Source of the DNA: Mizuhopecten yessoensis
Lineage: Eukaryota
Assembly (NCBI RefSeq): GCF_002113885.1
Contig: NW_018408507.1
Location: 1,261,140 to 1,325,139 of the forward strand
DNA: 64,000 nt
Direction of reading: 5' to 3'
Of the stretch, positions 24,960-37,719 are shown in pieces; the first letter of the stretch is position 1, and each line of letters opens with the position of its first letter. The notes under the pieces were generated by a model. It was not told where the DNA came from. It ran no database searches and worked only from the letters and a program-made list of their open reading frames with translations. Made by a program: the position numbers and the translations under genes.

Positions 24960-25829
24960 AGCCCCATCCACGTCTTATTATCAAATGTATCTAAAATCTA
25001 ACATAAGTGACTCACTTGAAGCTTTAAAATAGATCAAATATAACATATTAAAAACGTAAAACAATCAACCCCACAATTACTTAATAAAAATAACAAATAC
25101 ATTCTTAAATAAGAATTTATGACTTGGGATTTATCTATTCAACTCGTATTCAGGTCGACAGATGTGCATAGCGCCTTCAGCCTTACATTTTGGATGAAAT
25201 CAGAACCTCTTCATGGAACCACTAGCTTTTTCCTGTCTTAAAATTAAAAAACAAATCTCATTTTCAATCGTTTCCTTTCATTTTAAATTTCAGTTTCTGT
25301 TTTCCATTTTCGGCATTTTATAAATTACATTTGAGACATTTCAGCTTTTGAGAAATTTTGTTCATCTGAGCTTTTCAGCCTACACCGTGTTCCTTCATTA
25401 CATCATTTTTGCTTAGTTTGTTAAACGAATACACATAATTTGTATATATTTATAATTCTTAGGCTTAATTTGAAGCAAACTCAAAGTACCTTTAAGCAAA
25501 TAAATCGAAAACAAATATTAAAAAAGACATGGTCGCAGATAAATCATGCGTAAAAATTAAGAGCACATATTCCCAGACAAAGTTGCCTCCCTTAACATGG
25601 TATTTTTGTCCACACAGCAAGTGATAGCAGACAGAATACTTTCCCTGTCCTGTATAAATATCATAGTGAAATAATAAATAAATTACAAAGAAAGCTATCT
25701 AATTGTTATTAAAGTAGAAATTCCTATGCAATTGTATACAAATACCAGCGCTATACTGACGGTCAATTAGTAAATGTTCACAAGGTAAGGCAATAAACTA
25801 CTCGTTTAGAATTAACAATATTAAAGGGG

Positions 25830-28044
25830 CTATTTAGTCAAGTGACTGTCATGTCTGTGCATATACCCATTTTGTTGGACTGTGTCAGGACTGCTCCTAG
25901 CCCTACTTGACTTGCATCCACTATAACCTGTTTTCTTTGCAGGATTAAAGTACGCTATCGTTGTCTTCTCGGATAATATCTGTAGTAGTTGGGAGAATGA
26001 TCTCCCTTGGTCGGCTGTCCATTCCCAGACTGTTTGCTTATGTGTAAGCCTCCTTAAGGGTTCGCAGATCGTTGAGCAGTCGGGGACGAAACGTGAGCTA
26101 TAGCTGGTCATTCCTAGGAAACTTCTCAACTCTTTTACTGTTGAGGGAGGTTTTGCCTCTCAAATCGCTGTAACATTCTCAGGGTCTGGTAAATTCCATT
26201 AGGCTCAAAGACTACTCCAAAGAATGATATGCTTTGCTTGTTGAGTTCACATTTCCTCTCATTTAGAGTCAGTCCAGCTTCACTCAGAGCATCAAATGTC
26301 TTTTCTATAGCTACGTCGTGCTCTTTCGGTGTTTTTTTCCATATACAATGATGTCATCGGATTTGTTCTTTGCCCCTTTTATGTGCTGGATTACCCCTCG
26401 TATTGCCACTTGGAATACTTCAGAAGCAGAAGAAATGCCAAAGTTTAACCGTTTGTATTGGTATATCCCAATATGGGTGCTGGATGTGGTTATGAAGCGC
26501 GATTCTTCCTCTTATTCCAGTTGGTGATAGCCTGTTGTGAGGTCAAGTTTACTAAAGGTTTTAGCACCATTAAGGTCGTTGACAAGTTCCTCTTGGGTGG
26601 GCATAACATGACGTACGCTTTAAATGGCTTTGTTTGGTTCTCGCATGTCCACGCATAACCTTATCTCTGTTCCTCCTTTCTTTGGTGGGGTGAGAAAGGG
26701 TGAAATCCAGGGTGTCGGGGTGCCTTTCACCTTTTCAATGATATCTTCATCAATTAGACGCTTGATTTCTTTTTCGACCTTGTCTCGGAGGTGAAATGGT
26801 GTTCGACGGTGTCTCAAAGCTACGGGTTTCACTGTTTTGTCAATGTGGAGTTTTACGGTTTTGTTTTTCAGCTTCCCTACACCAATGAATAGGTTTGGGT
26901 GTTTTTCCACAGGACCTGTAACCTTGTTGATGATTTTTACCAGTTCCAGCTCCGATGCAGTTGGAAATCCGATTAATGATCCATAGTCACCTTCGACTAG
27001 ATGAAAACTGCACACCATACCTGAAATTTGTCTCAATTTTTTTTTTTTTAATTTCCCAATGTTTTCAGTGGGGTACCTCCTCCGTATGGCAGCAACCTTG
27101 ACCTTTTGTCACGCTTATCCTTTGGTGACCCTATGCGTTCATAAGTTGCTTGGTCAATTATGTTTATTGATGCACCAGTGTCCACTAAAACTTCAGAATG
27201 GATATCATTAAGCTTGATAGTGAAATTTGGAGTTTTAAATACCTTCCTTTTCTGGTCCTGGTCCTTTTTTATGCCATAACAGTATTCATCACTATCACTT
27301 TCCTGTTGTTCTGATTCATAGTTAACATTCCTCACTTTTTTCAGGGTGATTGTCTTTCCCACAGTTGTTACATCTGCTCCCCAGAGCAGGACATTTATGT
27401 TTAAGCCTGTGTTCTTGTCTTTAACTGGATTGAAACGGGGTTTGCTCTTGGAGTTATCTCCCCTGTACCGTTGTTTTGGATTTTCCATTTTTGGTTTTCT
27501 GCTCTATCTGTGTTTGGTCTTTTCCTTGTCGACTGTTTTGGCGAAACCAATCTCTAAATCTTTCTCGACTTGAGCAGAATAGCGTCCATCGATCTCCCTA
27601 GTTGAATGACTTCATCTAAGCTTTTTATTTTGCTGGTTCACGAAACACGCGTTTTCTCAACTGTGAAGAATGATAGTGAGAGATAAGCTGCGATCGTATA
27701 CGGTCACCGGAGTTTACAAATGAACAATATTTAGCCAGCTGCCGTAATTCTGTTATATATTCATCGAATGTAGGACCTTTCTTTCGTTTGCATGCCGTGA
27801 ATTCGTGCTCTGCAACAAGCTTGTTTTTGGTTTGAATACCCTTTCTAGTACACCCTTTGCTGTCTCGTATTTGTGCCCTTCTCTCGGCTCAGCATCGTTT
27901 TTATTTCCATCGTAAATATCGCGAGTATTTTCTCCGACATAGTGCAATAACAGTGCTCTCTTCTTGTATTTCTCCAATCGTTTGTCGATGTTGGTTTTTT
28001 TCATTGTCGGGGTCGAATTCCGGGAAATTTGGTAAGTGGGTCAT
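25830..28044 (-). mobile_element. Ty3/Gypsy LTR retrotransposon internal remnant (gag, protease, RT, start of RNase H region); no integrase or LTRs seen
   Basis: ATG 28044 MTHLPNFPEFDP...KRALLLHYVG (gag); VLVDTGASINII (protease); RRTPFHLRDKV...PWISP...IRLCVDMREPNKAI, YKRLNFGISSASEVFQ, SDDIIVYG (RT); RSFLGMTSYSSRFVPD. Confidence 0.93.
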
Positions 28045-28149
28045 TTCCAAGGGTTGTTTGGTTTTGTCAATGACAATGACAATTGTTTTATTCTCATAAA
28101 CAATACAGTGTAGAGAATACAATATATGCAAATGGGTGACAATAACACA

Positions 28150-30300
28150 TGGTGGAACAGGATGGACATTAGTATTGTAAATTAATTATGTCATTAATAT
28201 CGGTAATACATTTAGCCGATGGTGTCAATTCATGTTGTGTTACAAAATTGATTAATGTAAGCTATTTAAATGTGTTGGTCTTTCATAATAATATCTGGAC
28301 ATATGTTTTCGCCTACTATTGAGAATTGGTTGATTTGTACATGTAAACAGATAATTAAATTCGTCGTCAATTTCTCTTAAATAACATAAACTACATAAAA
28401 AAAATTTCACGTGGTATATTGAACCACCTACCACTTTCAATTGGTAACTTAGTATTACATGTTCTAAATTTACAATACGCTTTGGCTAGTTTCGGAGGGA
28501 GTTCTAGAAAGTACTTTTCTAAACAAAGTTCGTACTTATATATTCCATAATTGATTCCTTTAAATAAAATAAAACAAATATACAACATTTGATATAGCGC
28601 CCTATATAGCTAGCATAAGCCACTCTAAAGCGCTTATAATACAATATTGAGGAATTCACAGGAGCTGCCTTATCAGGCGCTAACTACTAGTCCTATGCCA
28701 CCTGGCTAATATCTCCCATGTGTGTATGCCTGTGTGTGTGCTGGAGATGTATTGTGTTGCGGAGAATTATAAATTTCATTTCTACAGTTTGATATAAATT
28801 TTCCTTTTAGTGTATACAATATGGTACTCTTTAGCAAATGTATACTTGGAAACTCCGGAAATCTTTTTCTACCAAATACCATGATTTTAGTTTTGCTGAT
28901 ATTGACTTTAAGATGCCATAGGTTGGAATATGCAAATCCTCTGCCGTGTCTGATAGTAATATAGTGTCATCAGCATATAGCATAACATAAAGCTTCATAT
29001 ATACATGTACATCCTCCTCTAACTGGTCGTTTATATTAGATAGACCTTTACAGTCACGTGATTTCATAAAATCTTCTAAATCATTAAGAAAAAGTGAAAA
29101 TAAAAACAGGGGAAGATTATCGCCTTGCCGGACCCAGAACTACATGGGAATACATTCGAGAATACGCCATCTTTCCTCACTCTAGCCTTAATGTCATTGT
29201 ACATATTTGTAATAATTCGCAAACATTTTCCATCTATATTATTAACCAAAGGTTTGTTCCAAAGGCCTATTCTCCAAACACTATCAAAAGCTTTTTGTAA
29301 ATCTATAAAGGCACAATATAATTGTTTTGTTAAATGTTTTGATAGCACAATTGATGCATGAAGTGAAAATATATGGTCAATAGTGGAGTGATTTCTTCGA
29401 AACCCTGCTTGATTTTCGAGAATGAGTTCTACATTATCTGCATATTTATTTAATCGTTCATTATATACAGCTATAAACAATTTAGCTAGACAACTAACCA
29501 AAGTAATTGGACGATAGTAAGTGGCATCATACAAACTACCATTGTTCTTAAAAACAGGGATGATGTTTCCCAGGAGCCAGGTTTTAGGCACGTGACCAGT
29601 ATTTAAAATATAATTGTATAATTCAACAGTTAATGGCATCATTAAATCCAATGGTTGACTTGATATATTCGTTACATAGCATGTCGTCACCAACAGACTT
29701 ATTATTCTTAAACATTTTAACACATTTCATTAATTCGTTCAGCAGTATTGGCTCATTTATAAAAGCATTAGTTTCCAGTTTTGACAGCTCAGTAAGCTCA
29801 TTAAAAGAAAACACATGATTATCCTCACCTTCAGTTTTTTTGTTAAAACATGACTTAAAGAGAAAGTTAAAGAACGTTAAAAAGATCTTCAATACCAGCC
29901 TTACAAGTACTTTTTTTGGACCTACCTGTATTAATTATTTTCCAGTATTCTTTTGGATTTCTTGACCATAGTGTCCGGAGTTTATTTTAATCTCTAACTT
30001 ATGCTTGATGACACAACGATTAAGTGGTTTTTTATACAACCGTTCCTTTACATACATTTCCTCTTTGAGGTAAGCATTACCAAACTTTTTGTATAACCGT
30101 TTCGCTTTTCTATAATTTTGGCGAGCAGACTTACAGTCTCTCGTAAACCAAGGTTTTTTAAATTTAAAAACATAATTATTTACAGAATTTTGCTTAGCGT
30201 GGTTAGTTCTAAATCCATATTTGGCACCATTTATAAATAGTTCACATATATCATTAATGATATATCATTAATGATAGAGTTGATAGAATTACCACTATCG
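28150..30300 (-). mobile_element. Degraded RTE-X-like LINE ORF2 (RT and C-terminus)
   Basis: KSVGDDMLCNEYIK, YRPITLVSCLAKLF, ENQAGFRRNHSTIDHIF, CAFIDLQKAFDSVWR, VRQGDNL, MLYADDTILLS, KFRTCNTKLPIESGRW, DDEFNYLFTC. LINE identity is firm; clade assignment is tentative. Confidence 0.88.
28562..28730 (-). mobile_element. SINE/LINE 3' tail fragment (L2-like) inside the RTE-X-like LINE
   Basis: Minus strand AAAGCGCTTTAGAG...GGCGCTATATCAAATG followed by (TTTTA)n, typical of L2-derived tails; it interrupts LINE homology. Confidence 0.45.
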
Positions 30301-33300
30301 TCAACATTTTTGTGATTACGTATTCGTTACCTTTTTCTGTTTTCTTTTCTTGTATAGACCGTCCTCGTCGCCAGTGTAATGTCTGTGTTTCCCGGAATAA
30401 CAGAACAAACCATGTCGGGTATTTTAATAGTGACCACTTCCGCTATACATAAATAATCACAAAATGACGGACATAATTTTCCGGAATCATAGTGTTACTA
30501 ATTTATAATGTAGAATATTACAGTGACAACCTGAAAATCGAGTCGATACTGAAAATATAAATCTCTTAACGAAAGTGTGTGTAGTTGATATTGACATGAC
30601 ATGTCGCCAACGTGCAGTGTTGTCAGTTTCATCTTTTGGGAAAGCCTGTGATAAAAATAGCTACGACCAAAATAGCGCAATATCCGGGCCTCTTGAAGTT
30701 ACACAATGCATCGCAAGAAAGAAATTATAAGTATCAGAATATATACATCTAATCTGATATTTCCGTTCAGATTTGGATTTGGGAGCATGCACGCACTGAG
30801 AGGGTCCCGCAGGGAGAATTTCAAACCGCAGAAAGTACGATAACGATGTTTGAGATTAAGGTGATGTTGGAAGATGATTTATATTCAGAATAAATGCATG
30901 TACTTGTATTTCATTGAAGCTAGGTGAATAAAGCGAGAAATTACCTTCTCTCTTCGGCTGGAAAGATTTTTTTGTTAGCTAGAAAGTAAGGCTGTACAGT
31001 TAAGGATTTCTCCATTACTGATTAAAAACGCCAAGTAAAAACGCCAAGAAAACAGTGTCCCTTGTCAATTTCACGACATGAATTGTTCATAAGTAGTATC
31101 GAACTATATAATCATGAAGAATTTTGTGACAACGTTATAAAAGATCTTATTCTACTAAATTGTCCCTTTAATGATATAAAAAAAAAAAAACAACATTTCA
31201 CTATGATATTCCCTTATTCTGGCCACATGTGAAACTGTGCACCTGATCAGAATGTCTTTGACTATATCACATAATGTCTTTAAATGAAAAATGGAATTAA
31301 AAGAATACATTCTTCTTCGTAGACAGACGTCATGTTTCAATGAATGGTTTCCAGTGGCGCAGCACACAATTTTTCGGAGTGCATGCTTACATAGCTGGGG
31401 GGAAATCTACCAGGCCCTATAGAAGCAATCACCCGTGTTTTGAAAACACATTTTAATCTGATTATTAACAAGTAAAAGTTGCACTTGCTAATGATAAGAC
31501 TGAAAAGGCCCATAAAGTTCAACAAGCCCCTTAATAGATGCTGTAGTCACCTAAAATTCCAACCTCTAGCTGATAAGTTATATTCAAAGACCTCAATTAA
31601 AAATCGGAGCTTATATATGTAATTAAAATACATTGAACTTTTGAAAAAAAACATAGCCAGTATTACAAAATAAGACATTAATGCTGATGTCGACATAAAA
31701 ATAGATCACCGGATTTATAACATGTCAATCTTTTTTGCGACCCAACTGAGTGCTAAGAAATGACACACAATTTAAAGTTTATGTATATGCCTGGGTCATG
31801 CAGAGCTTTATTTCTCTTCTCCTAGCTGTTGAGAGGAATTCCTACCTCAAATAAAGATATATGTTGCCATGCGAAACCACTAACATCCTAATAAAATAAT
31901 ATATTTTAACAGATTATAAATTAAAAAAACAATGGCTATGTATCTTTATTCAATAAATGATCTTTAGATATTGTGCCATTTAATAACATTCTGTGATGTT
32001 ATAAATGCGCTAGACATGTTATAAACATTGAAGCTGTCAAGTGCGATAATGTTTACATGTCTAGCTTAATAAAAAACATTAAATGTTAAGAAAGGACACT
32101 TTATATGAAGTTAAAGTGCCTTTTTATGATCATAAGTCTGTAGTTTTACACATATATACCAGTAAAATATGTTACTCGGACGTTTCAATATGGTTTTTGT
32201 ACATTTCCATAGAACAAAAATCTACTTTTGAGGCCGGTAAGCCTCTCCACACCTAATTAAAGAGAAATAAAGCCCCGCATAACCTAGGCTTATAAATGAA
32301 CTTTGAATAATATGTCATTTCGTAGCATTCAGTTAGGTCGCTAAAGAGATTGACATGAGCTATGGTTATGAAGACATCAGCCTTAATACTTTATTATTGA
32401 CTACGTTAACCTGGTTAAAGCCCAATATATCTAAAATTACACATGTATGTATATTTACATTCTTGATGTTTGTTCTGTACATGGATATACACAACATGTA
32501 CCAACTAAAAACAACTGCCAGTAGACAATGAATACACTATGAATACAACGATTCTCGTGCAACCATTCACCCGATTTCACACACAATGACAACTTCATAT
32601 TACTACACATAGTACCGTTTCTGAGAAGAGTAATCTCCCCTTCTCCAAGATAAACGTAGTTGCGATAAATAATAATAAACAATTGTACCGTTTTTTTGTT
32701 TGTTTTTTAATTTAAAATTAAAAGAAATATTTATAACATTGTCATATTGAATACTGACTTCCGACTCGCAATCGGATTCTCGTGGTCACGAATTTTCTAA
32801 CACCCAAACGTCCGGCTGGGTATTCCCCGTGACATCAACTTGCACATTAAACTCAGAGAACTTTGTAATGACACAGGGTACTTAATCCATTAACTTATCA
32901 TCATTTACATTTCCAACGGCTGTACATTTAACTTCAAATGAGCTCTATGCCTACTGCCGACGGGTGTCCTGGATGGTTACTATGGTGACCGATGATATGA
33001 AATAGTGCGGACATAAACTTTTTGAAATATATAATATGCAGTGTTTAATGCAAAAAACGTCAACTAAGATAACACTTTCAAAAATGAAATGAAAATCAAG
33101 TGTTGGTCATTATTAGATTCTGGATATATATTTTCGTTTCAACAAAATCAGCTGATCGGCGGAAGTCGACCATTTGAAGTTTGTGTGTAGGCTGGAGTTA
33201 TGGCTGTTCCTTTTTTTATTGTTCCTGTCCGATACTAATATTAAAAATACTAAATTTACAAAAAGTGTTGAACTTTTTATTGTAGTTCATCGAAACGTAA

Positions 33301-33311
33301 ATATATGAATT

Positions 33312-33458
33312 GAATGGATGTTTTTTTCATGTAGATTGCGGCAATGAATAACAGTATATCTGATCTACATATCCTCAGAAGATATGTTACACTTTTTGTA
33401 AATGTAGATCAGCTACTGATATGCTTTGCCGCATTGTACATGAACAACAAATCCATTC
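33312..33458. repeat. Imperfect palindrome / foldback MITE ~1.1 kb upstream of the NIDO exon
   Basis: GAATGGATG...TTCATGTAGATTGCGGCAA...CTGATCTACAT pairs with ATGTAGATCAG...TTGCCGCATTGTACATGAA...ATCCATTC. Confidence 0.7.
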
Positions 33459-33697
33459 CATCCCTATATATTCCGATTTTTAATAAGGGTCTCTGAATGA
33501 CTTCCCACGAGTTAAAATTTAGGGTGACTAGTTCATCTTTAAGGAGGCTTGTTGAACCTAACGATTATCTGAGGATAACACGGTATTATAATAAGTTCCG
33601 TCCGACTAAAATTGTCAAGTAGATTTTGTTTTTTGTTTTTTTGTTTATGGACGGTCATAAAAAAATGTCAATAAAAATACATGATTGAACCCCCCCC

Positions 33698-33787
33698 NNN
33701 NNNNNNNNNNNNNNNNNNNNNNNNNNNNNNNNNNNNNNNNNNNNNNNNNNNNNNNNNNNNNNNNNNNNNNNNNNNNNNNNNNNNNNN
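33698..33787. other. Assembly gap (90 N) flanked by poly-C
   Basis: Run of N; the ORF at 33681 is an artefact. Confidence 0.99.
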
Positions 33788-34585
33788 CCCCCCCCCACAC
33801 ACACACACTAAATTGTTTAGTGTATGCTTAGGCATACATGCATGCTACGCCACTGTTTTCCATGTAGATGTATAGACGTTCGATTTTTAAATACCGCGTA
33901 TGAAACAGCCTAGATTTGTGTCACAATAGACATGTTCATTCACAAATCCGAGGTGAACTCGACCGAGACCAGTACGCGACAATGCTTGTGAAACATGGTA
34001 GAGGAAAATCCCTCTGTGACGTCACGAACTAATTTTTCGGATTTGTGTACGGTGTTCTATTAATAAGTATTGGTTAATACTCGATTCGAGTTGCGTGCGG
34101 TGAGGAGATCGGACCAGGAAGAAGGCTCCTCAGTCTACGTGTACTGACGCGGTCAGACTTGTATATAGACAGAAAGTAAATGGTTTACTTTAAACTGGTG
34201 AGCCTATACACCGTGTTAGCCAGCTGTCAGTCGGCGTATTAACGAGACACACCCATTTATTCAGTTAACATACTGAATGACCCAGATTCTGGATTGGGAG
34301 GCCACCACGCATGTATAAGGATACACACACACACACAGAGAGTCGGCGTGTACATAGATATGTGTCGTAGTGCTACAAGTCAGCTGATACATGTGCCCAG
34401 TAGTATCTATATTACAATGTCAAAGCTGTCTTGTCCAGTGTCAACAGTTTAACATGGTAATTCCATCGAATCGGGAATATTTATGACTCAATGGTCGTTT
34501 GGTTTGAAAACAGAAATGTGCTCAGCAACCCGCTCGGCAGGATGTGAAACTAACATCTTCCGATCAATGCCGTTTGGGATATATA

Positions 34586-34813
34586 ATGTGTTCAAATGTA
34601 CGCTCATGTCATTGGTATAGTATCGGAATTCTGCTGGTCACCTTTGCTTTAACCTGCTGTCCTGTGTCGTCACACGTGTCCCTTGTCGAATTGTATCCCT
34701 CTGGAGAATTAAATGGTGATACGGCAAATAAGCAGGATGACGATGGCGGATCTGACAAAATATTTCTAACCGTGAATTTCCCGTTCTACGGACAGGATTA
34801 TACATCGCTATAT
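34586..34813 (+). CDS. First coding exon of a secreted NIDO-domain protein (SNED1/nidogen/alpha-tectorin-like)
   Basis: ATG 34586; signal-peptide-like MCSNVRSCHWYSIGILLVTFALTCCPVSS, then LYPSGELNGD...DDDGGSDKIFLTVNFPFYGQDYTSLY, matching the family pattern YPFG..GD...DDGGS..I.L...FPFFG..Y..LYVNNNG; ends at a canonical phase-0 donor TAT|GTAAGT (34813/34814). Confidence 0.88.
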
Positions 34814-35661
34814 GTAAGTAGAAACACATGTACAACTATGTGTTGTAGAGGGGGAATCCCCCTGCTCTTCAATCCACCCCTCCCTACCTTTCTATAGGCG
34901 TTAATTTCAAATTACACATTCCTTCCTTTTACGATTTGACCATTGGATCCCAATATAGGATCTTTTTCTTGGTCAGTGCCCAGGGGGCCATAACAGTTAA
35001 TATGGCTCACATAGCACTATAGCCCATACAAATCCGTGGTGACAACATTGCCCCTCGGCTGGCCCCTTGTTTGAAGGCCTAGGGACACAGATGACTACCG
35101 TCATACGAAGTAAAGCCGACATCCTCTAGGGTTCTAATTAGGACTATTTAATCATTGATCATTTTTACATACACCCATGTCATGGTACAATGCTAAGACC
35201 GGAACAGGCATCTGGTATGCCTGAAATACTGTACAGCACGTAACTGGAATTACGTCTCTCATTTGTACACAAAGCTCCCGCTCCACCCATTAAACACACA
35301 CCCCTTCAAATGGATAACAGAGATGCAGGACTTAGCCTACAATAATCAGGTACAAGCTCGCTGTTAATTTACAATGAAGATATAAAAAAAAGTAAACTGA
35401 AACTTTAAAAGAACCGTCAAATTTGACCAGACACAACATCAAGAATCGTGTAGTAAAAACACTTCAATATTAAAAGAAACGATACATGAAATCATTGAAC
35501 GACCGCGGATATAAAGCGGAGACATTCACATGTATATGAGACATATAACTGCATTAATAGTAAAAGCAAAGGCTTTGTAGTGAGTCATGCTAAAGGCGAG
35601 AAACTGAACAAAATCGTCATTGATCACGATCCCAACAAGTTTCGACCGAGACAGGCTGTTG

Positions 35662-36390
35662 TTACGTAATCATTGTGGTGATTTATAGATTTCAGACCAC
35701 TTTTAATTACATTATTGTGGTGATTTATAGATTTCAGACCACTTTTAATTACGTTATTGTGGTGATTTATAGATTTCAGACCACTTTTAATTACGTTATT
35801 GTGGTGATTTATAGATTTCAGACCACTTTTAATTACGTTATTGTGGTGATTTATAGATTTCAGACCACTTTTAATTACGTTATTGTGGTGATTTATAGAT
35901 TTCAGACCACTTTTAATTACGTTATTGTGGTGATTTATAGATTTCAGACCACTTTTAATTACGTTATTGTGGTGATTTATAGATTTCAGACCACTTTTAA
36001 TTACGTTATTGTGGTGATTTATAGATTTCAGACCACTTTTAATTACGTTATTGTGGTGATTTATAGATTTCAGACCACTTTTAATTACGTTATTGTGGTG
36101 ATTTATAGATTTCAGACCACTTTTGATTTCAGACCACTTTTAATTACATTATTGTGGTGATTTATAGATTTCAGACCACTTTTGATTTCAGACCACTTCT
36201 AATTACGTTATTGTGGCGATTAATAGATTTCAGACCACTTTTAATTACGTTATTGTGGTGATTTATAGATTTCAGACCACTTCTAATTACGTTATTGTGG
36301 TGATGTATAGATTGCAGACCACTTCTAATTACGTTATTGTGGTGATTTATAGATTTCAGACCACTTTTAATTACGTTATTGTGGTGATTT
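35662..36390. repeat. Minisatellite, 42-bp unit, ~17 copies, very homogeneous
   Basis: GTGGTGATTTATAGATTTCAGACCACTTTTAATTACGTTATT; ORFs 35675 and 36213 are its translation. Confidence 0.97.
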
Positions 36391-36539
36391 TTTAAATACT
36401 TAAATGCTATTCTACCGATACTAATTGCATGTTCAAATTGTGCTTCATTTAATATTTAAAACAGTATAAACATAATCATTAATGTAACATTTTTATCCTG
36501 AAAACACGGCCTGTATGGAGGATAACTTCTTTGCCATCA

Positions 36540-37367
36540 TCATAATGTTGATGATAAACCGGTTCCATATATAAGCTTTATTAAACGTATTTTAAATGAA
36601 TGTGGTATGAGTTACTTATGGATTGTTCAATATACTACAGAATGTAATACCACATGGCTAAAGCATGTTATTAAACAAAGATTGCACGACCAGTATTTAC
36701 AGAAATGGCAGAATGATGTATACACACTTCATCAAAAGCTACATGTTATAAGATTTTTAAAAATAATTGTCATTTTGAAAATTAGTTGGTTATTTTTAGT
36801 GATAAAGATCGAGCTACATTTTGTAAAATGTCCACACTGTAACAGTCAGCAAATTGGTGACGAATTCCATTTAAAGTAGTATTCATTAATTCATAGAACT
36901 TAATTACATTTGGTCTTTATCTATATATATAAAATTCTATACCCAGACAATGACGGACACTCAAGCAAGTATTAAATATAAAAACACTTAAGAAACTTTG
37001 TACTTTCATCAGAATAATTAATAACAATATTTGTCCTCCTTGATACAAATGTGAATTTATTATGAAACAGTACTGTGTACTACCGACTACGAACACTACA
37101 ATTACTATATATTATATTGTAAATAGGTTTCTCTATACATTATATTGTACATAGGTTTCTCTATACATTGTATTGTAAATAGGTTTCTCTATACATTGTA
37201 TTGTACATAGGTTTCTCTATACATTGTATTGTAAATAGGTTTCTCTATATATTGTATTGTAAATAGGTTTCTCTATACATTGTATTGTAAATAGATTTCT
37301 CTATACATTGTATTGTAAATAGGTTTCTCTATACATTGTATTGTGAAAGAGAATAAAGTTGAAAAAA
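36540..37367 (+). mobile_element. 3' fragment of an RTE-X-like LINE with 3' UTR
   Basis: ECGMSYLW...KQRLHDQYLQKW, CPHCNSQQIGDEFH, LKKLCTFIRII...CPP*; ends AATAAAGTTGAAAAAAA (~37351-37367). Confidence 0.7.
37112..37344. repeat. Minisatellite, 28-bp unit, ~8 copies, within the LINE 3' UTR
   Basis: TATTGTAAATAGGTTTCTCTATACATTG. Confidence 0.93.
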
Positions 37368-37719
37368 AGGATGACGATGTCCAGTAAGAGGTAACTAAAT
37401 ACCAGTACGAGTACAACCTCGCAAATACACAATTCACTATGTAACAAAATAATCACGATCCTTTATCGTTTCTACATTAATTTTGATTTAGGTTTTAGTT
37501 CAATGACTAGTAAATACTGCTTTTGTTTTTGAGAGAAAATTAAACCGATATTTTTTTAATAATGAAATATACTTAATGCTGTATTGCATTGACTTGATTA
37601 TAAACTGCGATGCTAAATCAACGCATGCCTTTTTTTTTCTTTTATGGCGTTAATGAATGAAGTAAGGTAAAAACCTACCAAGGGAGATAAATAAGCACAG
37701 TCCAAGTCCCACTCGTTAG

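Noticed and set aside
33681-33875. ORF spanning the N run
   Set aside because: Artefact of the assembly gap.
35675-36395. VIYRFQTTFNYVIV repeat ORFs as exon 2 of the NIDO gene
   Set aside because: Pure 42-bp satellite translation with frameshifting partial units and no NIDO similarity.
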